NCBI GenBank assembly: GCA_944390915.1
Contig: CALXRS010000004.1
Span: 269-64,268, forward strand
Direction: 5' to 3'
Source of the DNA: an uncultured Alphaproteobacteria bacterium
Lineage (GTDB): Bacteria; Pseudomonadota; Alphaproteobacteria; RF32; CAG-239
Length of the DNA stretch: 64,000 bases
In this document: piece by piece, positions 8,205 to 18,099 of the stretch
How the letters are laid out: each line of letters starts with the position of its first letter
Numbering within the stretch: position 1 is the first letter of the stretch
Made by a program: the position numbers and the translations under genes
Notes under the pieces: model-generated
The model's database searches: none
What the model saw: only the letters and a program-made list of their open reading frames with translations
What the model was told of the DNA's origin: nothing

Positions 8205-11067
8205 TGTTTTCAATTACTCCCCATTCTTTTATCCGCGACAAATGCTCATAATCGGAATAGGTCGGAGCATATTTCGGGTTTGGCTGTGTCAGGTAGGCTT
8301 TTTCTTCGTTATCAAAAACGTCAATCAGATTTTTGATGTTGTTCAGGTTGCGGCTTAAAATGTCCGCCACTTTGTCGTTGATGCAGATTTCTTCGTTGCC
8401 CAGCCGCCAGTAGCGCAAGGATTTGACTTTGGCGGCGGGAATGTTCTCAAAACCGCCGTTTTCGGCAATAATTCCTTCTATGGGCAGCTGCGGAGCATAG
8501 CCGACGTTTACTTCTTTTTTGCTGCGGGCGCGGCCGCTTTTATAGTCGATGATGTTGATTTGGCCGTCTTTGGTGATATCTATCCGGTCGGCGCGGGCAC
8601 TGAGGGTAAAGGTTCCGCCCGATGTCTCAAAACTGTAGTGACCGACGGTTTCGCAATATACGCGGGAAATGTTCGTGCGGTATGAGTTTTCTTTTTTCAG
8701 TACCCAGTTGACGATTTTATCCATTTGCGGCTGCCAGAAAGCCAGTGTCTGCCGATCCAGCCCGGCGGCGGCAAGTTCTTCTTTGCCGATTTGCGCCAAA
8801 ATGTCGGCGGCATTGTCGGGAAGCTGTTCGGGAAAGCGGCGGTTGAATTTTTCCAACACGGTATGGACGATAATGCCCAGATCGACAATTCCCGGGCGAT
8901 CGTCGATTTTTTTGAGCGGTTCCAGTTTTAAGATATATTTGGCAAAAACAATGTACGGATCGCGCATCAGGTTTTCGACGGCGCCCGCCCACAGTTCCCG
9001 CGGGCGCAGTTTGAGCGGCGGTTTCGGCGCCGGCGGCTGCAGCGGCTTGTATTTTTGCGGGCGGTCGAGGAAAGCGGCTGTTTGCCTGTAAAAATCATCC
9101 CGCATTTTTTCCGGGTTTATGCCGGCTGCCGTCAGCACGGTTTCCATCCGCAGCCACCAGCGCGATTTGTTCATCGGCGTGTCGTTAACCCGGTCGGCGC
9201 GGGTCAGGTAGACATTTTTTTGAGCCAGCAAACCGGCAAAATCACCGGCGTTGACGCCGATTTTTCTTTCCGGAAGAGGGTAACCGAAGTCTTTTTTCAT
9301 CGGGCGGGACATCCAGGCATCGGCCGCAGCGGCCGCCGGCCAGCAGCCTTCGTTGACTTCGCCGATGATAACCGTGTCAAAACCGCTTAAACGCGCCTCT
9401 ATGGGACCTAAAATCTTCAGTCGCGGGTGGGTGCCGTATTTTGGCCGAACGGGAATTCCGGTCATCAGCGACGAGACAAAATCGCCGTATCGGTTTGTTT
9501 CCATTTGCGGCAGGGCGTCGGCGTGTTCCATGAGCGAAGCAAAAAAGGACGCCGCCGCTTCGCCGTCGTCGCCGCGCCAGAGGTTGCTTGCTCCCGTTCC
9601 CGTTTCGTCGGCGGCAAAAGCTTCCGCCGCCTTTAAGTGAGCCGCCAACAGGTCGGCAAAAGAAGCGGTCTGCCGGTTGTACAGTTCAGTCAGGGGCGAC
9701 AGTTTGTCTTTGGCGGATTTTATGATTTCCTCGGCCGCGGGGTTGTTTTTCCGGCGCCGCAAAACGTCTTTTTCATAAGCGCGGACAGATGATCGGAAAG
9801 CCGCCTTTTTATATCCGCAGCCGGCCAGAGGATGTTTGCACAAAGCAAGCAGGGAAATGTTGTTTTCCGTATTTTGGCAATATTCCGTTATCAGCCGCAA
9901 AAAGATGCCGACGGGCGTTTGGGTAAGCGGACGCCCCGCCGAATCGTCAACATTGATGTCCCAGCGTCTGAGCTCGGCCGATACATGGCGGGCAAGATCA
10001 CGGTTTCCGGTAACCAGCGCCGCCGTTTTTTCGGGTGTTTCCAGAGTGTGGCGCATGAGCGCGGCAACAGCCAGGGCTTCTTCGCGAAAATCCCTGCAAT
10101 CCACCAGATGAACACCGTTCAAATCATCTTTTGAAAAAGTTTCACGGTTAATGTTGCGCCATTGGTCGGTTGTTGCCGCCGGACGCATGACTTCGGAAAC
10201 AAATTTTTCTCTGCCGGGGGAAGGAGAGGGGCGGACGTCGGGGATTTCTTCCCGCGAAAGTCCGAGAAAATCAAGCAACAGCCGCAGTTCATACTGGGGA
10301 TGCGTTTCGTCGATAAGCTGCCAGGAAAAATCGTCAAGACAACGGTCCAAGCCGTTGATAAACACTGTTCCCAAAGGCATGTTGAACACTGTTTTTATAA
10401 GTTCCCGCATGGCCGGAAAGGCGCCTGTCGTGCCGGCAACGACAACTCTTCCGCGCGGCGGAACGGCCTGCCAGGCGGCGGCCTGTTTTTTTAAGAGCAG
10501 ACATTGTCTTGCCGCCGGATTCATGGATTTTCTTTCAGCTAAAATCTGCGGAAAAAATTCGCCGACTATCTTTAGAAAATCGAGCGTTTTTTGCCAATGG
10601 GCGGCGTATTCCTCGGGCACAAGCGAAGAAAGCGCGGCAAAGGGCAGCTCTTCGCTTTCAATGGTATCGAGCAGCCGGCAGAGTTCGGTAGCCAAAGCCG
10701 CCGCCTGCGCCGGCGAACAGCCGCCGCCGGTCAATTCTTTCTGGCCGGAAGAAATGAGACGGGTAAACAGCAGGATTCTTTCCATGGGAGAAACGGCCGG
10801 CAGGATTTTTTCCGCCTCAGGCAAAGCGCCGGTAAAAAACAATTCGTCTTCGTCCGGGTCGCCGAGCGGCATAATCCGCGGCAAAAGCGTCGGCTGCATG
10901 CCGTTCAGGCGTACAAAAGCGTCGCGCAGCTCGCGGCAGGCGCGGCGGTTGGGCAGCAAAACCAGCGTTTCCGTCAATTCAGCGGCGGGGTTCGGAGCCG
11001 CAAGAACCTCCGCCAAAATATCCGTCGGGCTCAAACCGGAAGGAATGTTATAAATTTTTGCTGTCAT
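8194..11067 (-). CDS. addB: Double-strand break repair protein AddB
   Basis: LLPNRRA, ILGPIEARL, RADRID...IIDYKSG, APQLPIEG, YSDYEHLSRIKEW. Confidence 0.95.
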   Translation of the reverse strand: MTAKIYNIPSGLSPTDILAEVLAAPNPAAELTETLVLLPNRRACRELRDAFVRLNGMQPTLLPRIMPLGDPDEDELFFTGALPEAEKILPAVSPMERILLFTRLISSGQKELTGGGCSPAQAAALATELCRLLDTIESEELPFAALSSLVPEEYAAHWQKTLDFLKIVGEFFPQILAERKSMNPAARQCLLLKKQAAAWQAVPPRGRVVVAGTTGAFPAMRELIKTVFNMPLGTVFINGLDRCLDDFSWQLIDETHPQYELRLLLDFLGLSREEIPDVRPSPSPGREKFVSEVMRPAATTDQWRNINRETFSKDDLNGVHLVDCRDFREEALAVAALMRHTLETPEKTAALVTGNRDLARHVSAELRRWDINVDDSAGRPLTQTPVGIFLRLITEYCQNTENNISLLALCKHPLAGCGYKKAAFRSSVRAYEKDVLRRRKNNPAAEEIIKSAKDKLSPLTELYNRQTASFADLLAAHLKAAEAFAADETGTGASNLWRGDDGEAAASFFASLMEHADALPQMETNRYGDFVSSLMTGIPVRPKYGTHPRLKILGPIEARLSGFDTVIIGEVNEGCWPAAAAADAWMSRPMKKDFGYPLPERKIGVNAGDFAGLLAQKNVYLTRADRVNDTPMNKSRWWLRMETVLTAAGINPEKMRDDFYRQTAAFLDRPQKYKPLQPPAPKPPLKLRPRELWAGAVENLMRDPYIVFAKYILKLEPLKKIDDRPGIVDLGIIVHTVLEKFNRRFPEQLPDNAADILAQIGKEELAAAGLDRQTLAFWQPQMDKIVNWVLKKENSYRTNISRVYCETVGHYSFETSGGTFTLSARADRIDITKDGQINIIDYKSGRARSKKEVNVGYAPQLPIEGIIAENGGFENIPAAKVKSLRYWRLGNEEICINDKVADILSRNLNNIKNLIDVFDNEEKAYLTQPNPKYAPTYSDYEHLSRIKEWGVIENNDD

Positions 11068-11119
11068 GATGTTTCCTTTCCCGGTTAAAAAAACGGCCTT
11101 CGGTATTGTCGGGGTGTTT

Positions 11120-11707
11120 TCAGTCTTTTATTTCGCGGATGAATTTTTCCAAAGCGCGGCGGCGGTGGGAAATCTGATTTTTGACGTCTTCTCCCAACTC
11201 GGCAAAGGTTTGCTCATAGCCGTCGGGAATGAAAATCGGATCGTAACCGAAGCCTTTTTCTCCCCGCGGGGCGACGGCAATCTGCCCGTCTACGCGGCCT
11301 TCGTAAACTTTTATTTTTTCATTGGGGCAGGCCAAAGCCATGCAGCAGGAAAAATGCGCCTTGCGGCTTTTTTTGCCGGATTCGTCCATTTCTTTCAAGA
11401 GCATTTGCGCTCCTTCTTTGAAATCGCGGTTCGGCGCATAGCGGGCGGAATAAACGCCGGGACGGCCGTCAAGCGCGTCTATGCACAGGCCGGAATCGTC
11501 CGCCAGACAGGGCAGTCCGCACATCAGGCTCAGGGTTCCGGCTTTGATTTTGGCGTTTTCTTCAAAAGTTTTGCCGGTTTCCTCCACATCGCCCAAACGC
11601 AGCTCCTTGGCCGAATGCACTTCAATATGCAGCGGGGCAAGCAGGGTTTTGATTTCCGCAACTTTGTCGTCGTTGTGGCTGGCGACCACCAGTTTGGTCA
11701 ATTTCAT
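11120..11707 (-). CDS. rdgB: dITP/XTP pyrophosphatase (Ham1 family)
   Basis: LADDSGL, PGVYSAR, GFGYDPIF, ISHRRRA. Confidence 0.95.
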   Translation of the reverse strand: MKLTKLVVASHNDDKVAEIKTLLAPLHIEVHSAKELRLGDVEETGKTFEENAKIKAGTLSLMCGLPCLADDSGLCIDALDGRPGVYSARYAPNRDFKEGAQMLLKEMDESGKKSRKAHFSCCMALACPNEKIKVYEGRVDGQIAVAPRGEKGFGYDPIFIPDGYEQTFAELGEDVKNQISHRRRALEKFIREIKD

Positions 11708-12421
<714 letters not shown>

Positions 12422-12474
12422 AAAAGCCCCTTGTTCGTTTATCGGTCAATATATATTCTTACGCCAAAATGTCC

Positions 12475-12530
12475 GCCGGCGCAATAATTTTTGCACGGAT
12501 ATATGCAGCTGCCGGCGCAATAATTTTTGC
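12475..12530. repeat. 20-bp direct repeat x2 with near-palindromic core, upstream of rph
   Basis: gccggcgcaataatttttgc at 12475-12494 and 12511-12530. Confidence 0.85.
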
Positions 12531-12547
12531 CGTTCGGCCGGTCGGTT

Positions 12548-14368
12548 TTAAGCGACCTTGCCGGCCGAGCGTTTACGCAAAATCGGGTCGAGGATGCGTT
12601 TGCGCAGGCGGATGGTTTTCGGCGTTACCTCCAGCAGCTCGTCTTCCTGAATGTAGGACAGTCCCTCTTCCAGCGTTATTCTGCGGGGCGGAGTGAGCGA
12701 GATGGCCTCGTCTTTGCCGGCGGCGCGGATGTTGGTCAGCTGCTTGGCGCGGCAGGGGTTGACTTCCAGATCGTTCGGCTTGGTATGTTCGCCGATAATC
12801 ATGCCGACGTAAACGGGAACGTTGGGGTCGATGAACATCGGGCCGCGGTCTTCCAGCTTCCACAGCGAATAGGCAATGGCGGTGCCGTTTTCGCTGGAGA
12901 TGAGCACGCCGTTGCGGCGGCCTTCAATTTCTCCTTTATAGGGTTCGTAATCGTAAAAACTGCGGTTCATGACGCCGGTGCCGTGGGTGTCGGTTAAAAA
13001 CTCCGAATGATAGCCGATAAGTCCGCGGGTGGGAGCGTGGAATATCAGCCGCACTTTGCCGCCTGCCTGAGAAGGTATCATTTCCACCAGCTCGGCGCGG
13101 CGGGAGCCGAGTTTTTCAACCACGGTGCCGGAAAATTCCTCATCCACGTCAACCACGACTTCGTCCACCGGTTCCAGCGTTTCGCCGTTCTCACCCTTGT
13201 GGAAAACAACCCGCGGGCGGGAAATGGAAAGCTCGAACCCCTCGCGGCGCATGGTTTCTATCAGAACGCCCAACTGCAGTTCGCCGCGGCCGGCAACTTC
13301 AAAGGAATCGTTGTTGGCCGAGGTGGTTATTTTCAGGGCAATGTTGCCTTCCGCTTCTTTTTTCAGACGTTCGGCAATCATCCGCGAGGTTACTTTGTCG
13401 CCTTCGCGGCCGGCAAGAGGCGAATCGTTGACGGAAAAGGTCATGACCAGCGTCGGCGGATCTATGGGCTGCGCTTCGAGCGCTTCGGTAACGGCAAAGT
13501 CGCAAATGGTGTCGGCAACGGTTGCCTTGACCGCGCCGGCAATGGCGACGATGTCGCCGGCGTGGGCTTCTTCCAGACTTTGGCGGGCAAGTCCGCGGTA
13601 GGCCAGAATTTTGGTGATGCGGAATCGTTCGATTTCGTTGTTTTTGCCGTCGAGCGCTTTGACCGTGTCGCCCGGTTTCACGCTGCCGCAAAGGATTTTG
13701 CCGGTCAGCAGACGGCCGATGAATTTGTCGGCTTCCAAAGTGGTGGCCAGCATGGTGAACGGTTTTTCGGGGTAGCACAAAGGCGCCGGAACATGCGACA
13801 AAATAAGCTCAAAGAGAACTTTTAGGTCTTTCTTTTCGTCGTGTTCCAGGTCTTTAACGGCCCAGCCGTTGCGGCCGGAGGCATACAACACCGGAAAGTC
13901 GAGCTGTTCGTCGGTGGCGTTTAAGCTGACGAAAAGATCGAAAATCTCGTTTAAGACTTCGTCGACGCGGGCGTCCGGTTTGTCGGCCTTGTTGATGACG
14001 ACAATCGGTTTCAGGCCGACTTTTAAGGCCTTGCCGAGCACGAATTTTGTTTGCGGCATGGGGCCTTCCGAGCTGTCGACCAGCAGAATGACGCCGTCCA
14101 CCATCGACAGAATGCGCTCTACTTCGCCGCCAAAATCGGCGTGGCCGGGGGTGTCGACAATGTTGATGCGGGTGCCGTTCCATTCCACCGACGTGCATTT
14201 TGAGAGGATGGTAATTCCGCGTTCTCTTTCCAGTTCGTTGGAGTCCATGGCGCATTCCTGGACTTTCTGATTGTCGCGGAAAGTTCCGCTTTGTTTAAGC
14301 AGGGCGTCGACCAGCGTTGTTTTGCCATGGTCGACGTGAGCTATAATGGCTATGTTTCTCAGCTCCAT
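12548..14368 (-). CDS. typA: Translational GTPase TypA/BipA
   Basis: Start MELRNIAIIAHVDHGKTT; DTPGHADFGGEVER; GRGELQL. Confidence 0.97.
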   Translation of the reverse strand: MELRNIAIIAHVDHGKTTLVDALLKQSGTFRDNQKVQECAMDSNELERERGITILSKCTSVEWNGTRINIVDTPGHADFGGEVERILSMVDGVILLVDSSEGPMPQTKFVLGKALKVGLKPIVVINKADKPDARVDEVLNEIFDLFVSLNATDEQLDFPVLYASGRNGWAVKDLEHDEKKDLKVLFELILSHVPAPLCYPEKPFTMLATTLEADKFIGRLLTGKILCGSVKPGDTVKALDGKNNEIERFRITKILAYRGLARQSLEEAHAGDIVAIAGAVKATVADTICDFAVTEALEAQPIDPPTLVMTFSVNDSPLAGREGDKVTSRMIAERLKKEAEGNIALKITTSANNDSFEVAGRGELQLGVLIETMRREGFELSISRPRVVFHKGENGETLEPVDEVVVDVDEEFSGTVVEKLGSRRAELVEMIPSQAGGKVRLIFHAPTRGLIGYHSEFLTDTHGTGVMNRSFYDYEPYKGEIEGRRNGVLISSENGTAIAYSLWKLEDRGPMFIDPNVPVYVGMIIGEHTKPNDLEVNPCRAKQLTNIRAAGKDEAISLTPPRRITLEEGLSYIQEDELLEVTPKTIRLRKRILDPILRKRSAGKVA

Positions 14369-14471
14369 TGCGTTGTCTTTCAAAAAAAATCTAAAAAAAA
14401 GGATTGAGCGCACAATAGCACAAGCCGGCCGGATTTCAAGGGAAAATTTTGTCGTGCGGCAGGAGGCGGGC

Positions 14472-14499
14472 AAAAAAAACCTCCGCCGCGGCGGAGGTT
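14472..14499 (-). terminator. Intrinsic terminator of ferredoxin gene
   Basis: aaaaaaaacctccgcc-gc-ggcggaggtt. Confidence 0.75.
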
Positions 14500-14516
14500 C
14501 CGAAATTTTGCACGAA

Positions 14517-14756
14517 TTATTCGTTTGCGTTCGGCCAGAGTTTGGCTTTTTCGGCGTTGAATTCAACCCAGTGCGGATCGGCTTCTTCTTCGGTCTGGAT
14601 CGCTTCCTGCGGGCATTCGGAAATGCAGACGCCGCAGCTGATGCAGGTGTCCGGATCGACAACCAGCTGGCTGTCGCCTTCGTGGAAAGCGTCTACCGGG
14701 CAGACGTCGGCGCAGGATTTGCACTTGATACAATTGTCATTAACGACAGAAACCAT
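14517..14756 (-). CDS. fdxA: Dicluster ferredoxin, FdxA-type scaffold
   Basis: CIKCKSCADVCP and CISCGVCISECP motifs; C-terminal W..FNAE.A..WP tail typical of FdxA. Confidence 0.85.
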   Translation of the reverse strand: MVSVVNDNCIKCKSCADVCPVDAFHEGDSQLVVDPDTCISCGVCISECPQEAIQTEEEADPHWVEFNAEKAKLWPNANE

Positions 14757-14870
14757 GGTTTATCTCCTTAGATAAGAGTTTGTCTTTAAAATATTTCAGC
14801 CCTCAATCTAGCCATATTTGCGATAAAATCAAGCAAAAAGTGTGCGGCCGCCAAAAAAGCGGGACTGACG

Positions 14871-14900
14871 CTTGCGAAAACAAAAAGCTTTTCCCATATA
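14871..14900 (+). promoter_or_regulatory. RpoH (sigma32)-type promoter of htpG
   Basis: CTTG...CCCATATA ending ~35 bp before the htpG ATG. Confidence 0.6.
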
Positions 14901-14934
14901 TATGGTAAAGAAATTTTACGGAGATTTTTTGACC

Positions 14935-16773
14935 ATGAGCGAAAAAATAAATTTTCAGGCCGAAGTAAACAAAATGCTGGGAATTGTGATTAATTCCCTT
15001 TATTCGGAAAAATACATCTTTTTAAGAGAACTTGTTTCAAACGCAAGTGACGCCTGCGACAAGCTTAAATATTTGCAGCTGACCACGCCGGACATTGCCA
15101 AAGGCAACGGCGAGCTGAAAATCACCATTACCCCGAACGATAAGGAAAACACCCTAACCGTTGCCGACAACGGCATCGGCATGAACAAGGAAGACTTGAT
15201 CAGTCATCTGGGAACGATAGCCAAGTCCGGCACCGCCGATTTTGTCGCCAATATGAAGGAAAACGGTTCGCCCGCCGATTTAATCGGCCAGTTCGGCGTG
15301 GGTTTTTATTCGGCTTTCATGGTGGCGAAAAAAGTGGAGATATTGACCCGCAAGGCCGGTGAGGAACAGGCCTGGCGCTGGGTTTCGGACGGTGCGGACG
15401 GTTTTGAGATAAGCGAGGCGGAAAAGACGGGCATCGGTACGGAAATCAAACTGTTCTTAAAAGACGACGATAAAAACTTTACCGACACCATCTATCTGCG
15501 GCATCTTATCCGCACCTATTCCGACCACATCAATTATCCGATCGTGCTCAACCTCGGCGAGGCCGGGGAAGAAACGGTCAATTCGGCTTCTGCCCTGTGG
15601 ACGCGCAACAAGGCGGAAATCACCGTCGAGCAGTACAGAGATTTTTACCGGCATATTTCGCACAATTTTGACGACCCATGGATGACGCTCCACTTTAAGG
15701 CCGAAGGCAGCATAGAATATACGGCTCTGCTTTATATTCCCTCCACCCAGCCTTACGATTTGTTCCAGCCGGACAAAAAACAGGGGTTGAAACTTTATGT
15801 CAACCGGGTGTTTATTTCCGACAAGGTGGAAGAGCTGATGCCGAATTATCTGCGTTTTGTTAAGGGAATCGTGGATTCTTCCGATTTGCCGCTGAATATT
15901 TCGCGCGAGATGCTGCAGCAAAACGCGCTGGTGGCAAAAATCCGCCACGGCATTGTCGGCCGTCTGTTGAAAGAACTGAAAAAGAAAAGCGAAAATTATG
16001 AGGATTATCTGAAATTCTGGCAGAATTTCGGTACCGCTTTCAAAGAAGGCATTTATGAGGATTTCGGCAACCGGGAGGAAGTGGCGGCGCTTTCGCTGTT
16101 TGCTTCAACCGCCGATAAGGAAAAACTGACGACGCTTGACCAGTATGTCGCTCGGATGAAAGAAGATCAGAAGTCCATTTATTACATTACCGGCGACGAT
16201 GTCAAAGTGTTAGCCAACAATCCGCAGCTGGAAGCTTTTAAGCAAAAGGAGCTGGAAGTGCTGCTTTTGACCGATCCGATTGACGAGTTTTGGACGCAGG
16301 CGCTGGCCACCTATAAAGGCAAGGCGGTCAAGCATGTTTCGCAGGCCGATGCGGATTTGTCGTTTGAGCGCAAAGAACCGCGCGCCGAGGCCGGAAATCT
16401 GGAAAAGCTGACCAAAATGATGGCCGACATGTTCAAAGACGAAGTGGGCAAAGTGGAAGTTACCGAAAAACTGACCGCCAGCCCGGTGAGCCTGACGGTG
16501 GAAAGCGGACAGATGAGCATCCATCTGGAACGGCTGATGCGCAACCATCAGCAGCAGACGGCTTTTGCCTCGACGCGGATTTTGGAAATAAATCCCTACC
16601 ATCCGCTGATTATTAAGCTGAGCGAAACGATGGAAGACACGGCTTTGCGTCCGAAGACGGAAGAAGTGGCCAGAATTTTGCTTGACCAGGCCAAAATTGC
16701 CGAAGGCGAGCCGATTGCCGACCCGTCTTTTTACGCGGCCAAAGTCAGCGATTATATATTGAAAAGCTTTTGA
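14935..16773 (+). CDS. htpG: Chaperone HtpG (Hsp90)
   Basis: FQAEV, FLRELVSNASDA, DNGIGM, IGQFGVGFYSAF, LPLNISRE, LEINP. Confidence 0.97.
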   Translation: MSEKINFQAEVNKMLGIVINSLYSEKYIFLRELVSNASDACDKLKYLQLTTPDIAKGNGELKITITPNDKENTLTVADNGIGMNKEDLISHLGTIAKSGTADFVANMKENGSPADLIGQFGVGFYSAFMVAKKVEILTRKAGEEQAWRWVSDGADGFEISEAEKTGIGTEIKLFLKDDDKNFTDTIYLRHLIRTYSDHINYPIVLNLGEAGEETVNSASALWTRNKAEITVEQYRDFYRHISHNFDDPWMTLHFKAEGSIEYTALLYIPSTQPYDLFQPDKKQGLKLYVNRVFISDKVEELMPNYLRFVKGIVDSSDLPLNISREMLQQNALVAKIRHGIVGRLLKELKKKSENYEDYLKFWQNFGTAFKEGIYEDFGNREEVAALSLFASTADKEKLTTLDQYVARMKEDQKSIYYITGDDVKVLANNPQLEAFKQKELEVLLLTDPIDEFWTQALATYKGKAVKHVSQADADLSFERKEPRAEAGNLEKLTKMMADMFKDEVGKVEVTEKLTASPVSLTVESGQMSIHLERLMRNHQQQTAFASTRILEINPYHPLIIKLSETMEDTALRPKTEEVARILLDQAKIAEGEPIADPSFYAAKVSDYILKSF

Positions 16774-16865
16774 TTATCATGTTGTTATGGCTTGGTAAAA
16801 AACGGCTTTGAAAATTCGGGGGCAAAGAAGTTTTTCTTTTTTGCCCCTTGTTTTGCAGAAAAAAC

Positions 16866-16922
16866 TTGATTTTTGTCAAAAAATAAAGCATACTGAAATT
16901 CTAAAACAATTATTTAGAATTT
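16866..16922 (+). promoter_or_regulatory. Sigma70 promoter followed by palindromic operator
   Basis: TTGATT-N17-CATACT (16866-16894), then aaattctaaa-N7-tttagaattt (16896-16922). Confidence 0.6.
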
Positions 16923-16930
16923 ATTAATGA

Positions 16931-17137
16931 AGCAAAGCCAAAGTAGCTTTGAAAAGGAAACGCAGGAATGATTTTGTCGAAAGATGAAATTTGCCCACTT
17001 CGGATGTTCGGATGAAAGTGTCACACGCAATGACCGCCCGCTGCTTTGCAGTATGAGCTACGTGCTTGAGGGATCAATATATAAGTCTGAACGGAAAAAG
17101 TAAAATGCGCGGAATTTTTTCAGCCAAAGGTTTTGCT
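16931..17137 (+). ncRNA. Candidate structured RNA leader or ncRNA upstream of the SPFH gene
   Basis: Nested end-to-end pairings plus internal hairpins, one with a GAAA tetraloop; no family recognised. Confidence 0.4.
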
Positions 17138-17155
17138 GCTTTAAATTTATAGTAT

Positions 17156-18001
17156 ATGTACGATTATGAAAATGAGCGTAGAGAACGTTATGAACGTGAA
17201 AAAGCTGAAAAAAAGGTACGCGCCGCTAAGATCCGCCGCATCGTCGGTTGGAGCATAGGCGGGTTGTTTGTACTGATCTTGTTGTTCAGCTCCATGTATT
17301 ACATCAGCCCGGGATACCGCGGCGTGTTGGTGACCTTGGGAAAGGTAGACCAGCAGAGTCATATCAACGGTATAGGCTTTAAAGTACCGTTTGTGTCGAA
17401 GATGTACAAAATGGACGTGCGTACAAAAAAGATGACAGAAAAGACCGCAACCTACACATCCGATGTGCAGACTGCGGAAATAGAGTACACTTTTACCTAT
17501 GATCTCGTGCCCGACAATGTGCATGTATTGTACGAAACAGTCGGCAAGGATTATGAGGGAAAGAAACTCATCCCCGTGCTGAACGACGTCTTAAAAGACG
17601 TTATAGGCCAGTGGCAGGCACAGGACCTTGTTTCCAATAGGGATAAGGCTCGTGTCGATGTCGTCGCCGGGTTGCAGGAGCGTCTGGATCGTCGATTCTT
17701 CCAGAACATTACGTTTCAATTTATCAACATTGATTACTCCGACAAGTTTGAAGGAGCAATTGAAGATAAAGTGATCGCCGAGCAGAAAGCTCAGGAAGCG
17801 GTCAATAATACGAAACGTATTCAGGAAGAGGCAGATCAGAAGGTAATTACCGCCCAGGCTGAGGCTGAAGCTATGGAAATCAAGGCTCAGGCTTTGGCTA
17901 AAAACAAGGGGCTGGTAGAATATGAAGCCGTCCAGAAATGGAATGGCCAGCTTCCTCAGTATATGCTGGGGGAAAGTGTTCCGTTCATTAACCTCAAGTA
18001 A
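17156..18001 (+). CDS. SPFH/band 7/prohibitin family membrane protein
   Basis: N-terminal TM, PGYRGVLVTLGKV, GIGFKVPFV, AIEDKVIAEQKAQEA coiled coil, QKWNGQLP. Confidence 0.92.
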   Translation: MYDYENERRERYEREKAEKKVRAAKIRRIVGWSIGGLFVLILLFSSMYYISPGYRGVLVTLGKVDQQSHINGIGFKVPFVSKMYKMDVRTKKMTEKTATYTSDVQTAEIEYTFTYDLVPDNVHVLYETVGKDYEGKKLIPVLNDVLKDVIGQWQAQDLVSNRDKARVDVVAGLQERLDRRFFQNITFQFINIDYSDKFEGAIEDKVIAEQKAQEAVNNTKRIQEEADQKVITAQAEAEAMEIKAQALAKNKGLVEYEAVQKWNGQLPQYMLGESVPFINLK

Positions 18002-18046
18002 TTGAGGGAGTACATATTTAGAGGGAGTCGCGAGAGCGACCCCCTC

Positions 18047-18099
18047 TTTTTGTACACTGAAAACCCCGCGTCTAACGCGGGGTTTTCAGTGTACAAAAA
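18047..18099. terminator. Perfect 25-bp-arm inverted repeat (bidirectional terminator)
   Basis: tttttgtacactgaaaaccccgcgt-cta-acgcggggttttcagtgtacaaaaa. Confidence 0.8.

Noticed and set aside
14369-14662. N-terminal extension of TypA in the ORF track (704 aa)
   Set aside because: Overlaps the ferredoxin gene and its terminator; the conserved TypA start is MELRNIAII at 14368
16984-17103. 39-aa small ORF (MKFAHFGCSD...) in the SPFH leader
   Set aside because: No clear RBS or recognisable features; the region is better explained by RNA structure, though a leader peptide is not excluded
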